A DNA stretch of 64,000 nucleotides from a candidate division FCPU426 bacterium (GCA_963847625.1 CAWKAR010000040.1:32898-96897); one strand, 5' to 3'; positions 19,095-28,530 are shown, counted from the first letter of the stretch. Translations and numbers: made by a program. The notes: generated by a model from the sequence alone, not told the origin.

Positions 19095-21878
19095 TTAGAA
19101 TGACGGCTTATCCGGATGCTGCGCGAATCTTTCCATCCGGTTCAAAGGCGGCATCCCTGGGGCTTGCCGCCAGGCCCCATTTTCCAAAGGCATATCCCCA
19201 TAGCCGCCCAGGAGAAGGGAGAGGTTGAAGTATAAAAAACCTTCCAGGCTGTCGGCGCCTTCACGGGTATGGGAATACCTCAGGCCCAGGTCCGCGGGAA
19301 TACCGGTGAAGGCGCAGGTTAGTTTCGTTTCCAGGTGCAATTCAACCCCGAAGGACCATTGGGACCGGCTCCAATCGTCCCACGCCTCATCGGAAAAAGC
19401 GTCAAGAACCAAATCCTCGAAATAAAAGCTGGGGTTCCAAAGTCCCGCGTGGATATCGAGGACCGGGATGGAATAATCCGCCGATGCCGCCATACCCTTC
19501 AAACCGCCCAAAGCGTTTCCGTACCCGCGCAAGGTGGGAAAAACCGTATCGTGATTTTGGGGGTCATCGATACCCACCCACCCTATCCCCAACTCACTGT
19601 GGGGCAGGTATTGCGTGAAGGAAAGGTAGGCATAAGCGCCCGTTCGGTTCCGGTAGGAGCCCCAACTCTCACGTTCCAAGGGGGCCGTGAGCAGGAGGCT
19701 CATGCGGGTCGCGGGATATGAGAAATCCTCAAAGATAAAAGGATCCCACTCGCATTTGGTGAAGTCGCCGTTCAGATCCAGCCCCGCATCCATCCGGTCG
19801 AGCCCGGGGGAAATCCTCAAGACCAACGGATAGGCCGTCTGGAATAACAAATTCCGGCCGTTGATTTCCGTATATTCCACCGCCGAAACCCAAGGAGAGA
19901 AAAACAAGTTGCTGACGGCCAAGTCGATTTCAGCGTGATTTCCCCTGAAATCATAAGCGGGCAGGACAGTGTAGGCGAACTGGTAGAGGGCGTCGGTCCC
20001 GACCAGGCCCAGGCCGATCCAGGAACGGTCCGGGGCAAACTCCCCCAAGGGAAAATGGAACGCTTGGGGGGCCATCCAGCCTAAATTATCGGCATAACCG
20101 CCTTCTTTCACGTCCGCCCGGTCGAGTTCAAAAGCCGGTTCCAAAGAGCTCTTGGCCGGGGTCAGCCGGTAGGATTCGGATTTGGGTTGGACGCGGTAAA
20201 GGTCGTATCCGTAGGAGCTCAGGCCCGCGTAATAAAGTTGACGGCCGTCAGGTTCGTACGCAGGCCAAGCCGCAAAGCCGCCGGACGTCAATCGCGACAG
20301 CCTCCGGGATGAAAAATCATATCGATAGATGGCGTAATGCTTGTTGAAATTCGCGTTGAAATAGACGCAGTTTCCCTCCAATTGGGGGTTTCTTTCCAAA
20401 AAAGCGCTGGGAAGAATGGGGTCCAGGGTTCCCTTTTTCAAGTCCAGCCGGTAAAGGTTATATTGTCCGTATTCCTTCTTAGCCGTCGCGACCGTCCGTT
20501 TTTCACCCACCCGTATTTCATCCACCAGGAAATCTAAATGGAAGAGCAATTTTCTTTCCCCGGTGGAAGGGTCCAGGGAAAAAAGGTCTGATCCGAAACT
20601 ATCCCGGCGGTCCTTGGTATATAAAATCCGGCCGTCGGGCAGGGCCTCGAAGGCCCTGAAAGTGTCTTCCATCAAAACCTTGTCCCCGCCTGTCGCCAGG
20701 TTTTTTTCATGGAGCGAAAGGTCATAACCATAATTCAAGGTATTGGCAAAACCCTCCCTGACTTCGTATAGGGAATAATAAAGTTTGCCGCCCCGCGCCC
20801 TCATGGAAGGGCCCAGGGTGGAAGTGGAAACGAGTTTCCTTTCCTTCCCGGAATCCAGGTCCCTTTCGATGATTTCATAAAAGGTAAACCCATCGAAAAA
20901 CCCGGTTTTGACCCTGTAGGCGATTTTATAAAAAAGCTTTCCTCCGGAAATTTGCAGGCCGTCCATGGTCCAACCCCGGCGGGTGAGCTGTTCCCCGTCC
21001 TCCCGGAAATCCTCCGCCTGCGCGTTTAGGGATTTCCTCCAGTCCTGCCAAAGTTCCGGAATCGTTTTGCCTCCGAAAGCCTTTTCCGCCGCCGGATCCA
21101 GGGAAAGGCAGGGAAATACCGGGGAAAGGTAGGAAAGAAGGTTTCCCCCGTAACTCGAGTAAAACCCGGAAAACTTTTCCTCCCCGTAGGTCAGGGCCAG
21201 GTACTTGTGGAACCCGCCGCCCGCCTCGTAAACCACGTCATCCGGGTACTCCAGGGGAGTGTAAGTGGCCTTCATCAGCGAAGGAAACCGGTTTTCCCTG
21301 GCGGAGGCCAGGAGATAGGTGTCGAAAAAACCGTCGTTCAACCGGCCGCTGTAGGGGCTGGGCCGCGACTCGCTGTAAACCGCGAATCCCTCGTCGATCC
21401 AATCGGGCAATTCCAGGTTCGGGTCGGCGGAATTTCCCACCCACCGGGTGATCAAGCCTGGCAGGCCCGAAACATGATTCAGGTGACACATATGGGTGTA
21501 TTCATGCACGCCCACATCCATCCACCAATTTTCGGCCGGCAGTTCCAATGAGGAAGAGGGGTATGTGAATAATTGGATGATCCGGTCGACGGGGTCGGTA
21601 AGCCCATTGGAATAGGTTCCCATATCCTGGATCACGACCGCGGTGAAGGGTGGGGTACTGTTCCCCGTCAGCTTTTCCACCGATGGCTTGAAATGTTCCA
21701 GGACCTGGAGGGCTTTCCAAGCCTGGATCTCATAGCCTGGCTTGTAAAAAACAATGAAATGGCCGGTTTTAAGGGTCTTCCAATCCCAGCCGGACCGCGC
21801 CGCTCCAGGGGCCAGGAGAACAACAGCCATGGAAAGGAAGAACAACCAAAAGGTAAAACCGGGGCAACGGTATTTCAT
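19095..21878 (-). CDS. Secreted protein with gluzincin-like (HExxH...E) domain, TolB-like beta-propeller and probable C-terminal beta-barrel
   Basis: Real start is likely MKYRCP at 21878 (ATGA overlap with the RNB gene stop). Motifs WKTLKTGHFIVFY, HEYTH, LPDWIDEGFAVY. Confidence 0.75.
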   Translation of the reverse strand: MKYRCPGFTFWLFFLSMAVVLLAPGAARSGWDWKTLKTGHFIVFYKPGYEIQAWKALQVLEHFKPSVEKLTGNSTPPFTAVVIQDMGTYSNGLTDPVDRIIQLFTYPSSSLELPAENWWMDVGVHEYTHMCHLNHVSGLPGLITRWVGNSADPNLELPDWIDEGFAVYSESRPSPYSGRLNDGFFDTYLLASARENRFPSLMKATYTPLEYPDDVVYEAGGGFHKYLALTYGEEKFSGFYSSYGGNLLSYLSPVFPCLSLDPAAEKAFGGKTIPELWQDWRKSLNAQAEDFREDGEQLTRRGWTMDGLQISGGKLFYKIAYRVKTGFFDGFTFYEIIERDLDSGKERKLVSTSTLGPSMRARGGKLYYSLYEVREGFANTLNYGYDLSLHEKNLATGGDKVLMEDTFRAFEALPDGRILYTKDRRDSFGSDLFSLDPSTGERKLLFHLDFLVDEIRVGEKRTVATAKKEYGQYNLYRLDLKKGTLDPILPSAFLERNPQLEGNCVYFNANFNKHYAIYRYDFSSRRLSRLTSGGFAAWPAYEPDGRQLYYAGLSSYGYDLYRVQPKSESYRLTPAKSSLEPAFELDRADVKEGGYADNLGWMAPQAFHFPLGEFAPDRSWIGLGLVGTDALYQFAYTVLPAYDFRGNHAEIDLAVSNLFFSPWVSAVEYTEINGRNLLFQTAYPLVLRISPGLDRMDAGLDLNGDFTKCEWDPFIFEDFSYPATRMSLLLTAPLERESWGSYRNRTGAYAYLSFTQYLPHSELGIGWVGIDDPQNHDTVFPTLRGYGNALGGLKGMAASADYSIPVLDIHAGLWNPSFYFEDLVLDAFSDEAWDDWSRSQWSFGVELHLETKLTCAFTGIPADLGLRYSHTREGADSLEGFLYFNLSLLLGGYGDMPLENGAWRQAPGMPPLNRMERFAQHPDKPSF

Positions 21879-23350
21879 TTTCCGGAAACAACCGCGAAGT
21901 CGATCCATCCCTTCTCGACGTTGACGCTGATGAGTTTCACATTCACCCGGTCCCCCACGTCCAAGCCCTTGGCTCCCTGGGCCAGGTACCCCTCCACGAG
22001 GGGATGAAGGAGCCTCACCCAGGTCCCCTTTCCGGATGCCCCCGTGACGATAGCCTCGAAACGCTCCCCGATACGTTTTGAAAGGAAGGATGCGCTCGCG
22101 GATTTCCTGATCCTCCGTTCCACCTTGTCCGCCGCGTTTTCCTGCTGGGTGCAGTGGCTCGCCAGGAAGGTTAATTCCTCCGGGCTGTAGGGCGGCGCCT
22201 TTTTCCCCAACGCCGCCTTCAACAGCCGTTGGGTGACCAGGTCCGGGTACCTGCGGTTGGGGGCTGTCGAATGGTTGTAGTCGCTCACGGCCAGCCCGAA
22301 ATGACCCGGGGGGGCTTCCCCCGGCTTCTCCATCACGTATTCTCCCCGCCCCAGAAGCTTGACGACGGTGAGCGAAAGGTCCGGGAAACGGAGGGGGTCC
22401 TTCGTTTTCTGGTTGGCAAGGAACCCGCTCAAGGCCTTGGAATCCGGTTCGCCCGGTAGTTTCTCCCCCAGGCCCGCGGCAACCTCCACGATCCGGTCCC
22501 AACGCTCCGGAACCTTCACCACCCGGCGGAGGGTCGGGAACCCGTTTTGGTCCAGGAACCTCGCGGTGGCCCCGTTGGCCGCGACCATGAAATCCTCTAT
22601 CAGCTCCCCCGCGCGGTTCTGTTTTTCCTGCTTCAAGTCCACCACCACCCCATCCTGGGTGACAGGCCTGGCCTGAATGGTGGAGAGTTCCAGGGCCCCT
22701 TGCTCGTGCCGCAGGGTCCTCAAACGTTGCGCGGCCGTGTCTTGGATCCGGAGTTGACGGTCCATCCCGGTAACCCGCGCGGCGGCCTCCGGCAAGGCTC
22801 CTTTTCCTTCCAGCCAATCCCCTACCCCATGGTAGGCCAGCTTCGCCTGGTTTCTCACCCGGGCGCGGTAGACTTGGAAGGCACCCACCCGTCCGTCCTG
22901 GTCCATGTCCATTTCTACTACCAAAGCAAGCCTATCCGCGTTTTCCGAAAGCGAGGTCAAATCGGTGGAGAGCTTCTCGGGAAGCATCGGGAAGGTCCGG
23001 ATTCCGGTATAAACCGAGGTGGTATTTACTTGCGCGTCGAGGTCTAAAGGGGACTTAAGCGGAACCAAGGCGTCCACGTCGGCGATCGCCACCCAGATAC
23101 GGGTTTTTCCCCCGCCCAAATCATCGGCCACCGTGATTTGGTCCAGGTCCCGGGAATCGTCGTTGTCGATGGAACACCACAAAAGGCCGGTCATGTCCTT
23201 CAGGTCATGTTGCGGGTCCGCCGCTGGCCGTTGGATATCGTTTAATTGTCCCAGTGCCTCGACTGAAAATTCGGCTTTTAAGCCGTACTCGGCCATGGCC
23301 GTTTCCGCGATCCACTCCAGGAAGCTTTTCTTGTTGTTGTTGATTTCCAT
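21875..23350 (-). CDS. RNB-domain exoribonuclease (RNase II/R family)
   Basis: SIDNDDSRDLDQ, VAIADV, TTSVY, LIEDFMVAAN, HFGLA..Y.HSTAPNRRYPDL, C-terminal S1-like domain. Confidence 0.93.
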   Translation of the reverse strand: MEINNNKKSFLEWIAETAMAEYGLKAEFSVEALGQLNDIQRPAADPQHDLKDMTGLLWCSIDNDDSRDLDQITVADDLGGGKTRIWVAIADVDALVPLKSPLDLDAQVNTTSVYTGIRTFPMLPEKLSTDLTSLSENADRLALVVEMDMDQDGRVGAFQVYRARVRNQAKLAYHGVGDWLEGKGALPEAAARVTGMDRQLRIQDTAAQRLRTLRHEQGALELSTIQARPVTQDGVVVDLKQEKQNRAGELIEDFMVAANGATARFLDQNGFPTLRRVVKVPERWDRIVEVAAGLGEKLPGEPDSKALSGFLANQKTKDPLRFPDLSLTVVKLLGRGEYVMEKPGEAPPGHFGLAVSDYNHSTAPNRRYPDLVTQRLLKAALGKKAPPYSPEELTFLASHCTQQENAADKVERRIRKSASASFLSKRIGERFEAIVTGASGKGTWVRLLHPLVEGYLAQGAKGLDVGDRVNVKLISVNVEKGWIDFAVVSGK

Positions 23351-23501
23351 TTTTTAATTCCTTTTCCGCTCCAGGTATCGTCCCTTAAACATTCTAATTA
23401 ATCTTCGGCCTCAATAATTTAAAATTGTCGCTCGGTCCCCACCATCGGGTTATCATCAGGGGAGATGGTTAAAACCCGGGTTTCGGGGCGGGAGGCGCGG
23501 C

Positions 23502-23741
23502 ATGGACGAAATGGTTTGCCTGCACTGCGGGAAGGAAATGGATTACGAATGGGCCCCTTGCCCCCATTGCGGTTGGAAGCCGCCCGAGGAGTGGGAGATT
23601 TCCCAAGAGGAATCCGAAGAGAATCTTTCCTCTCCGCGTTTCTTGTCCAGTCCCCGTAAATGGATCCGTCTCACGGCATGGATCGTCCTGGCGGCCGCTC
23701 TGTGTGGTTTGTTTATCTACCTAAGCCGTTTTTTCCATTAA
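23502..23741 (+). CDS. Small zinc-ribbon membrane protein
   Basis: CLHCG...CPHCG plus a C-terminal TM helix. GGAGG RBS. Confidence 0.65.
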   Translation: MDEMVCLHCGKEMDYEWAPCPHCGWKPPEEWEISQEESEENLSSPRFLSSPRKWIRLTAWIVLAAALCGLFIYLSRFFH

Positions 23742-23841
23742 AAAAACTGATTTAAATCCCAGCGCCTAGCCATTGAGCTGGTCCCTTCTGAGTTTAGTTG
23801 TTTCAAGCCGGCAAGACAGGCCGGCGTTTCCCAACGGGGAA

Positions 23842-24282
23842 TCACTTTAATTGGAATTGATCCACCCATGTTCCAAAGGAAGTGGAAATGACGAGGTAGT
23901 AGGGGCCGGGAGGGAGAGGCATTCCATGTTTACTGAGGAAATTCGCCGGCAGGGTGAATTCCGAACCCGGATTCAACTTGGCCGCTAAAAAGCTGATGAG
24001 TTCGTTGTAAGACGAATCGTAAATTTGAAGCCGCAAGTCCGAGGGGGCGGGGTAAACCGGCGGCCGGATATTCTCCGGCTGGGTCCTGTCCCAGGGATTG
24101 GGAAAAGCCATTTGGATGATGGGCGTCAGCTTGAAGGCGGGCGTGTTGGTGGGCTGGGGGGAATTGCCTTCGCTTTTTTGGCCGCTCCCGCCGCCGCAGG
24201 ATGGAAGGAATACCATTCCCAGCACCAACGGGGCTAATATTGAGGAGAGAGAAATTATTTTTTTCCGGCCGGTCGATTCCAT
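23842..24282 (-). CDS. Hypothetical lipoprotein
   Basis: Lipobox-like LPSC. The C-terminal part (AFPNP...LQIYD...PGPYYLVI) resembles a small sorting-type Ig domain. Confidence 0.6.
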   Translation of the reverse strand: MESTGRKKIISLSSILAPLVLGMVFLPSCGGGSGQKSEGNSPQPTNTPAFKLTPIIQMAFPNPWDRTQPENIRPPVYPAPSDLRLQIYDSSYNELISFLAAKLNPGSEFTLPANFLSKHGMPLPPGPYYLVISTSFGTWVDQFQLK

Positions 24283-24558
24283 GCGCGTCCTTAAAAAGAT
24301 AAAACTCCAGCTTGGAGGTTCTCAATTGTAACTCCCGGAAAGAATATCACCCCTTTGTTTCCAACCCAGGAAAAAATGAACTGGCCGCTGAACAGCATGA
24401 TTTCACCATTGCTGGCATGGGAAATAACAGCTTAATTCCATGCCTTGGATGCGCCATAAGAAAGACCGGGGTCAAACCATAAAAGTCCCATTTGGGGGTT
24501 TTTAGGCCGGGAATAATTGGACTATCATGTAAGGAACTTTACGGGAGGATGACCGGCT

Positions 24559-26712
24559 TTGTCGAAAAAGAAAAGGAAAGATTTTATCCAGCGGAATTTA
24601 CCGGCGCCGGCGGGTCTACCCACCCCGGTCCATCCTGGCCAGCCTTCCCCCGCTATTGCCCCGGCGGAATGGAGGCCCGCGGAACCCGTCCAACCGCCCA
24701 GGCTCCCCCAAGATAACCCGCCCCTCCCCCTTTACTGGGCATGTGCCGCCTTCCTGGTCCTGGCCGTTTTAATGTTTTACCTTCCCGTTCTCAATAATGA
24801 CTTCGTTAACTGGGATGACCGGGATACGATCCTGGAGAACATTCACATCCACTTCATGAATTCCAGTTCGTTCCTTTGGATGTTCACCACCTTCCATTCC
24901 AGCAACTGGCTGCCCCTCACCTGGCTTTCCTTCGCGCTCAATTACAGGATGTCAGGTCCGAACCCGGCGGCCTTTCACATGACCAATCTCCTGCTCCACG
25001 CGGTGAACACCGTTTGGGTTTTTATCCTTTGTTTAAAAGTCCTGGCCTTGGCGGAAAGATATCCACGGGGAACAGGGGTTAATCCGGGCCCCGGGATACC
25101 GCGAATCCCCGCGGCCCTCATCACCGCCATCTTGTTCGGGCTCCACCCCATTCACGTGGAATCGGTGGCCTGGGCCACCGAGCGGAAGGATGTCCTCTAT
25201 GCTTTCTTCTACCTGCCGGCCGTTTATATTTACCTGGAATACGCTTCATCACCCGCTCGGAAACCCCTCAAGTTGTACTCTTGCCTGGGTTTGTTCCTCT
25301 TGTCCTTGATGTCCAAACCCATGGCGGTCAGTCTGCCTTTCGTCTTTCTGGTTTTGGACGCCTGGCCGCTGGGACGCTGGGCCAGGGAGTGGTCCGTGAT
25401 TTTCAAGGAGAAATTAGCCTTCTTCGCCCTGGCCGCGGTGGGAGGTTTTCTTTCCCTTTTCGCCCACGCGCATTTCATTTCACCCGCCGTGAATTTGAAC
25501 GAAATCCCCAAGATCCTGAATGCCTTCCGTTCCCTGATCTTCTACTTGTGGAAAATGCTGGTTCCGGCGGACTTATTGCCCATGTATCCCTTCCCCCATC
25601 AACCGGATGCCCTCTACCACTTGTTAAACGTCCTGGCCTTGCTGGCAGTGGCCCTGGTTTCCTGGGCTTGCGTGCGTTACCGGCAAAAGGCGCCCTACCT
25701 GGGTGCGGCCTGGCTTTATTACCTCGTGACTTTGGCGCCGGTGGTGGGGGTGATCCAGGTCGGTTACCAGGCGGCCGCGGACCGGTACACCTATCTTCCC
25801 AGCCTGGGCCTCTTCCTTCCCCTGGCCGCCTTCGTTGCCGCCCGGCTTTCCAACCGAAAGATGGCTTTGGTCCTGGTATGCCTGGTATTGACTGCCGGGT
25901 ATGGCTTCGCGACGGTGCGGCAAACCGCCCTATGGAAAAATTCGCAAACCCTGTGGGAAAGCGTCACCCATGTTTATCCGGACGATTCCCAAATCGCCCA
26001 TTCCTACCTCGGCGGGTATTTTATGGAAACGGGGCGGATGGACGACGCCCTGAAGGAATACCAAAAAGCCATGACGATCCCTCCCATTTACACCGCGACC
26101 CACAACGGATACGCCTCGGTGCTTCTTTACAAGGGGGATATCAACCAGGCCGTGGAGGAATTCGAGGCCGCCGTCGCTTCGGACCCCCTATACCGGCCCG
26201 CGCGCATGAACCTTTGGTCCATTTACGAGCATAAGGGGATGCATGAGGCGGCGGCGCAGGAAATGCGGGCGGCCATCGCGAGCGACCCGGAGGAGCCGGA
26301 AGCCTACAGCCGGTTGGGCGTGAGTTGCGGCTTCTTGAAACGCCTTCCCGAGGCGGAGGCGGCCTTCCGAAAGGCCTTGTCCCTGGAGCCGGCCAATCCC
26401 CAAAACCTGGTCAATCTGGCGACCGTCCTGCAGTGGGAAGGCCACCCGGACCAATCCTTGTTTCTTTACCAAAACGCAACCCGTGCGAATCCGAACATCC
26501 CGGTTTTTTACCTGAAAATGGCGGATCTATACCTGGCCCAGGGATTGAAATCCCAAGCCCTTCCGATGTTGAATCAAGCGTTGGGATTGAACCCGGTGAG
26601 CCCCCGGGTGGTGCGGGAAATCGGGGAGGACTATCAAAGTGCCGGCCAAAAGCAACTGGCCCAGCAATGTTTCAAAAGGGCCCATACGCTCGAAGGGAGC
26701 AGCCCAAAGTAA
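24559..26712 (+). CDS. TMTC-like GT-C membrane glycosyltransferase with TPR repeats
   Basis: FVNWDD, W.PLTWLS, FH.TNLLLH, LHPIHVESVAW..ERKD, SKPMAV, ADRYTYLP, many C-terminal TPRs. Confidence 0.88.
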   Translation: MSKKKRKDFIQRNLPAPAGLPTPVHPGQPSPAIAPAEWRPAEPVQPPRLPQDNPPLPLYWACAAFLVLAVLMFYLPVLNNDFVNWDDRDTILENIHIHFMNSSSFLWMFTTFHSSNWLPLTWLSFALNYRMSGPNPAAFHMTNLLLHAVNTVWVFILCLKVLALAERYPRGTGVNPGPGIPRIPAALITAILFGLHPIHVESVAWATERKDVLYAFFYLPAVYIYLEYASSPARKPLKLYSCLGLFLLSLMSKPMAVSLPFVFLVLDAWPLGRWAREWSVIFKEKLAFFALAAVGGFLSLFAHAHFISPAVNLNEIPKILNAFRSLIFYLWKMLVPADLLPMYPFPHQPDALYHLLNVLALLAVALVSWACVRYRQKAPYLGAAWLYYLVTLAPVVGVIQVGYQAAADRYTYLPSLGLFLPLAAFVAARLSNRKMALVLVCLVLTAGYGFATVRQTALWKNSQTLWESVTHVYPDDSQIAHSYLGGYFMETGRMDDALKEYQKAMTIPPIYTATHNGYASVLLYKGDINQAVEEFEAAVASDPLYRPARMNLWSIYEHKGMHEAAAQEMRAAIASDPEEPEAYSRLGVSCGFLKRLPEAEAAFRKALSLEPANPQNLVNLATVLQWEGHPDQSLFLYQNATRANPNIPVFYLKMADLYLAQGLKSQALPMLNQALGLNPVSPRVVREIGEDYQSAGQKQLAQQCFKRAHTLEGSSPK

Positions 26713-26730
26713 TCAAGCTTAGGTCTTTGC

Positions 26731-26785
26731 TGTCATTGCGATGAATATCCCGCGAATAGCGGGATGCTTATGAAGAAGCAACCCC
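26731..26785. repeat. REP-like palindromic element
   Basis: TGTCATTGCGA...GAAGCAA ends with an internal hairpin ATCCCGC-gaata-GCGGGAT, lying between convergent genes. Confidence 0.5.
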
Positions 26786-26906
26786 AGTTTAAATAAAGAC
26801 TGAAACCATTAACTTCAAAACCACCCATATACTTGGGTTGTACTGGGGCCTGCGGCCCTAGCATGGTTGGCCGGAGGCCAACCACTTCAAGCCTACCGCA
26901 TAGTTC

Positions 26907-26968
26907 GCGGTTCGCATGCCGACCTTCCATAAAGCATTTAAGGAGGTCGGTATAGTACCGATTTTCAA
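26907..26968. repeat. Short copy of the stem-loop element family also found at 61773-62039
   Basis: GCATGCCGACCTTCCATAAAGC...GAGG and GGTATAGTACCGATTT match both ends of the 61.8/61.9-kb repeats. Confidence 0.7.
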
Positions 26969-27017
26969 ATAAGGCCTTATTGGCGAATCGGCACAATGAC
27001 AATTTAATTAATTTTTA

Positions 27018-27860
27018 TTATGGAGTTTTCGCGCAGCGGCAACCGTGCTTGCCGTATTGGAAGTCAGGGACATTGTTTCCCCGGTCGGCGGAGCGCATAT
27101 TGTCGAGTTTGTCCGTCCAGGATCCCCCCCTAAGGACCTTGTACTGCCCGGTGTCGGGGCCTTGCGGATTCTTGCCCGGGCTGTCGGCGTAATAAGTGTC
27201 GTTGTACCAGTCCTGGCACCATTCCCAAATATTCCCCACGATGTCATAGAGTCCGAGGGGATTCGCTTTCTTGCTTCCGACCGGATGGGTCTTCCCCAGG
27301 GAATTGTCGATGTACCAGCCATATTCCCCGCCCTGGTTGGCGTCGCTTCCCCAAAAATAATCGAAATTTGTCCCAGCCCGGACCGCCTTTTCATATTCCG
27401 CCTCGGTCGGAAGCCGCTTCCCGGCCCATTTGCAATAGGCGTCCGCGTCGTACCAACTGATATTCATGACGGGCCTTTTTCCCCTGCCCGCCCCTGCCTC
27501 GTCCGGCTTTTGCCGTCCCGTGGCACCGCAAAACCTGTCGTATTGGTCGAAGGTGGCCGGATAACGGTCCAGGTAATAAGCGCTCAACCAAACCTTATGC
27601 CTCGGGTGCTCATTGTCGTAACCCTTGTTCACTGGCGAACCCATCCAGAAAGAACCCGCCGGGATTAAAACCATCGATCCTGAATTTTTCGATTTTTTTT
27701 TGGGTTGGTCCGGCGTCACCGGCTCCGCTTTTGGAGTGCTTGCAGTCCCCCCTAAAGCCGCGTTCTGATCCTTCGCGGGTGCGGTATCCGAAGAAAAAAT
27801 CCGTCCCGGGAACACCCAGGCTAGGAAGAGGATAGAAGTAAAAATGATCGTTTTAAACAT
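27018..27860 (-). CDS. Formylglycine-generating enzyme (FGE-sulfatase) domain protein, exported
   Basis: MVLIPAGSFWMGS, EHPRH.V, RLPTEAEYEKA, NPLGLYDIVGNIWEWC, VLRGGSW, GCRCA. Confidence 0.92.
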   Translation of the reverse strand: MFKTIIFTSILFLAWVFPGRIFSSDTAPAKDQNAALGGTASTPKAEPVTPDQPKKKSKNSGSMVLIPAGSFWMGSPVNKGYDNEHPRHKVWLSAYYLDRYPATFDQYDRFCGATGRQKPDEAGAGRGKRPVMNISWYDADAYCKWAGKRLPTEAEYEKAVRAGTNFDYFWGSDANQGGEYGWYIDNSLGKTHPVGSKKANPLGLYDIVGNIWEWCQDWYNDTYYADSPGKNPQGPDTGQYKVLRGGSWTDKLDNMRSADRGNNVPDFQYGKHGCRCAKTP

Positions 27861-27964
27861 GCAAAATTCCTTGTCAGTCCTATTTAAAAATTAAGGCATA
27901 ATGAGGGTATATCTCGAATTGGAATGATAGCATAAAGATAAAATAGGAAAAGAGAGCAAGAGCC

Positions 27965-28345
27965 ATGGCTGAAAATCAAACCTGCCCCTTTTGCGCGCCC
28001 AAAACTACCGATATTGTTTTGCAAAATGATTTGGCCTATGCCAAGTGGGACATTTATCCCGTCACCGAGGGGCATTTGTTGGTTCTGCCCAAGCGCCATA
28101 TCGCGAGTTATTTCGGGGCATCTCCCGGGGAAAAGGCGAAACTTTGGGAGCTCGTGGACCAATGCAAGGAAATGTTGGACCGCAAATACAAGCCGGACGG
28201 CTACAACATCGGCATCAACGAGGGCACCCCGGCGGGCCAGACCATTTTTCACGTGCATATCCATATGATCCCGCGCAGGAAAAGGGACATGGAAAATCCC
28301 CGCGGCGGCGTTAGGCATGTGATTCCATCGAAGGGAAATTATTAA
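27965..28345 (+). CDS. HIT family nucleotide hydrolase
   Basis: CPFC, GHLLVLPKRH, GQTIFHVHIHMIPR. Confidence 0.93.
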   Translation: MAENQTCPFCAPKTTDIVLQNDLAYAKWDIYPVTEGHLLVLPKRHIASYFGASPGEKAKLWELVDQCKEMLDRKYKPDGYNIGINEGTPAGQTIFHVHIHMIPRRKRDMENPRGGVRHVIPSKGNY

Positions 28346-28470
28346 ATCCTTGGCGGATCAGGCCTAAATCATTGGAAGAGTTTTCAATGTCCTTCATAAA
28401 TTTTCAAGTGGCCTGCTCTGAGACCTGAAAGACCTAATCCCGGATTTTTCAAATCAAAGAGAATGGCTCC

Positions 28471-28530
28471 CCATTCATGACGATTTTCGAACCGTTAGCT
28501 TCGAGGTAGTTCGAAAATAGTCATGAATGG
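28471..28530. repeat. 22-bp inverted repeat (one mismatch) with a 16-bp spacer
   Basis: CCATTCATGACGATTTTCGAAC (28471-28492) and GTTCGAAAATAGTCATGAATGG (28509-28530). Confidence 0.85.

Noticed and set aside
21879..22817. N-terminal ~310-aa extension of the 1240-aa ORF
   Set aside because: It is an off-frame overlap with the RNB gene. A signal peptide begins at ATG 21878.
27018..27860. FGE-sulfatase (CLec-fold) gene as a diversity-generating retroelement target
   Set aside because: No reverse transcriptase and no template repeat of its 3' end was seen in the window.
28464..28493. tRNA gene or fragment on the minus strand
   Set aside because: The spacing between TTCGAA and CCA is too long and no cloverleaf can be built.
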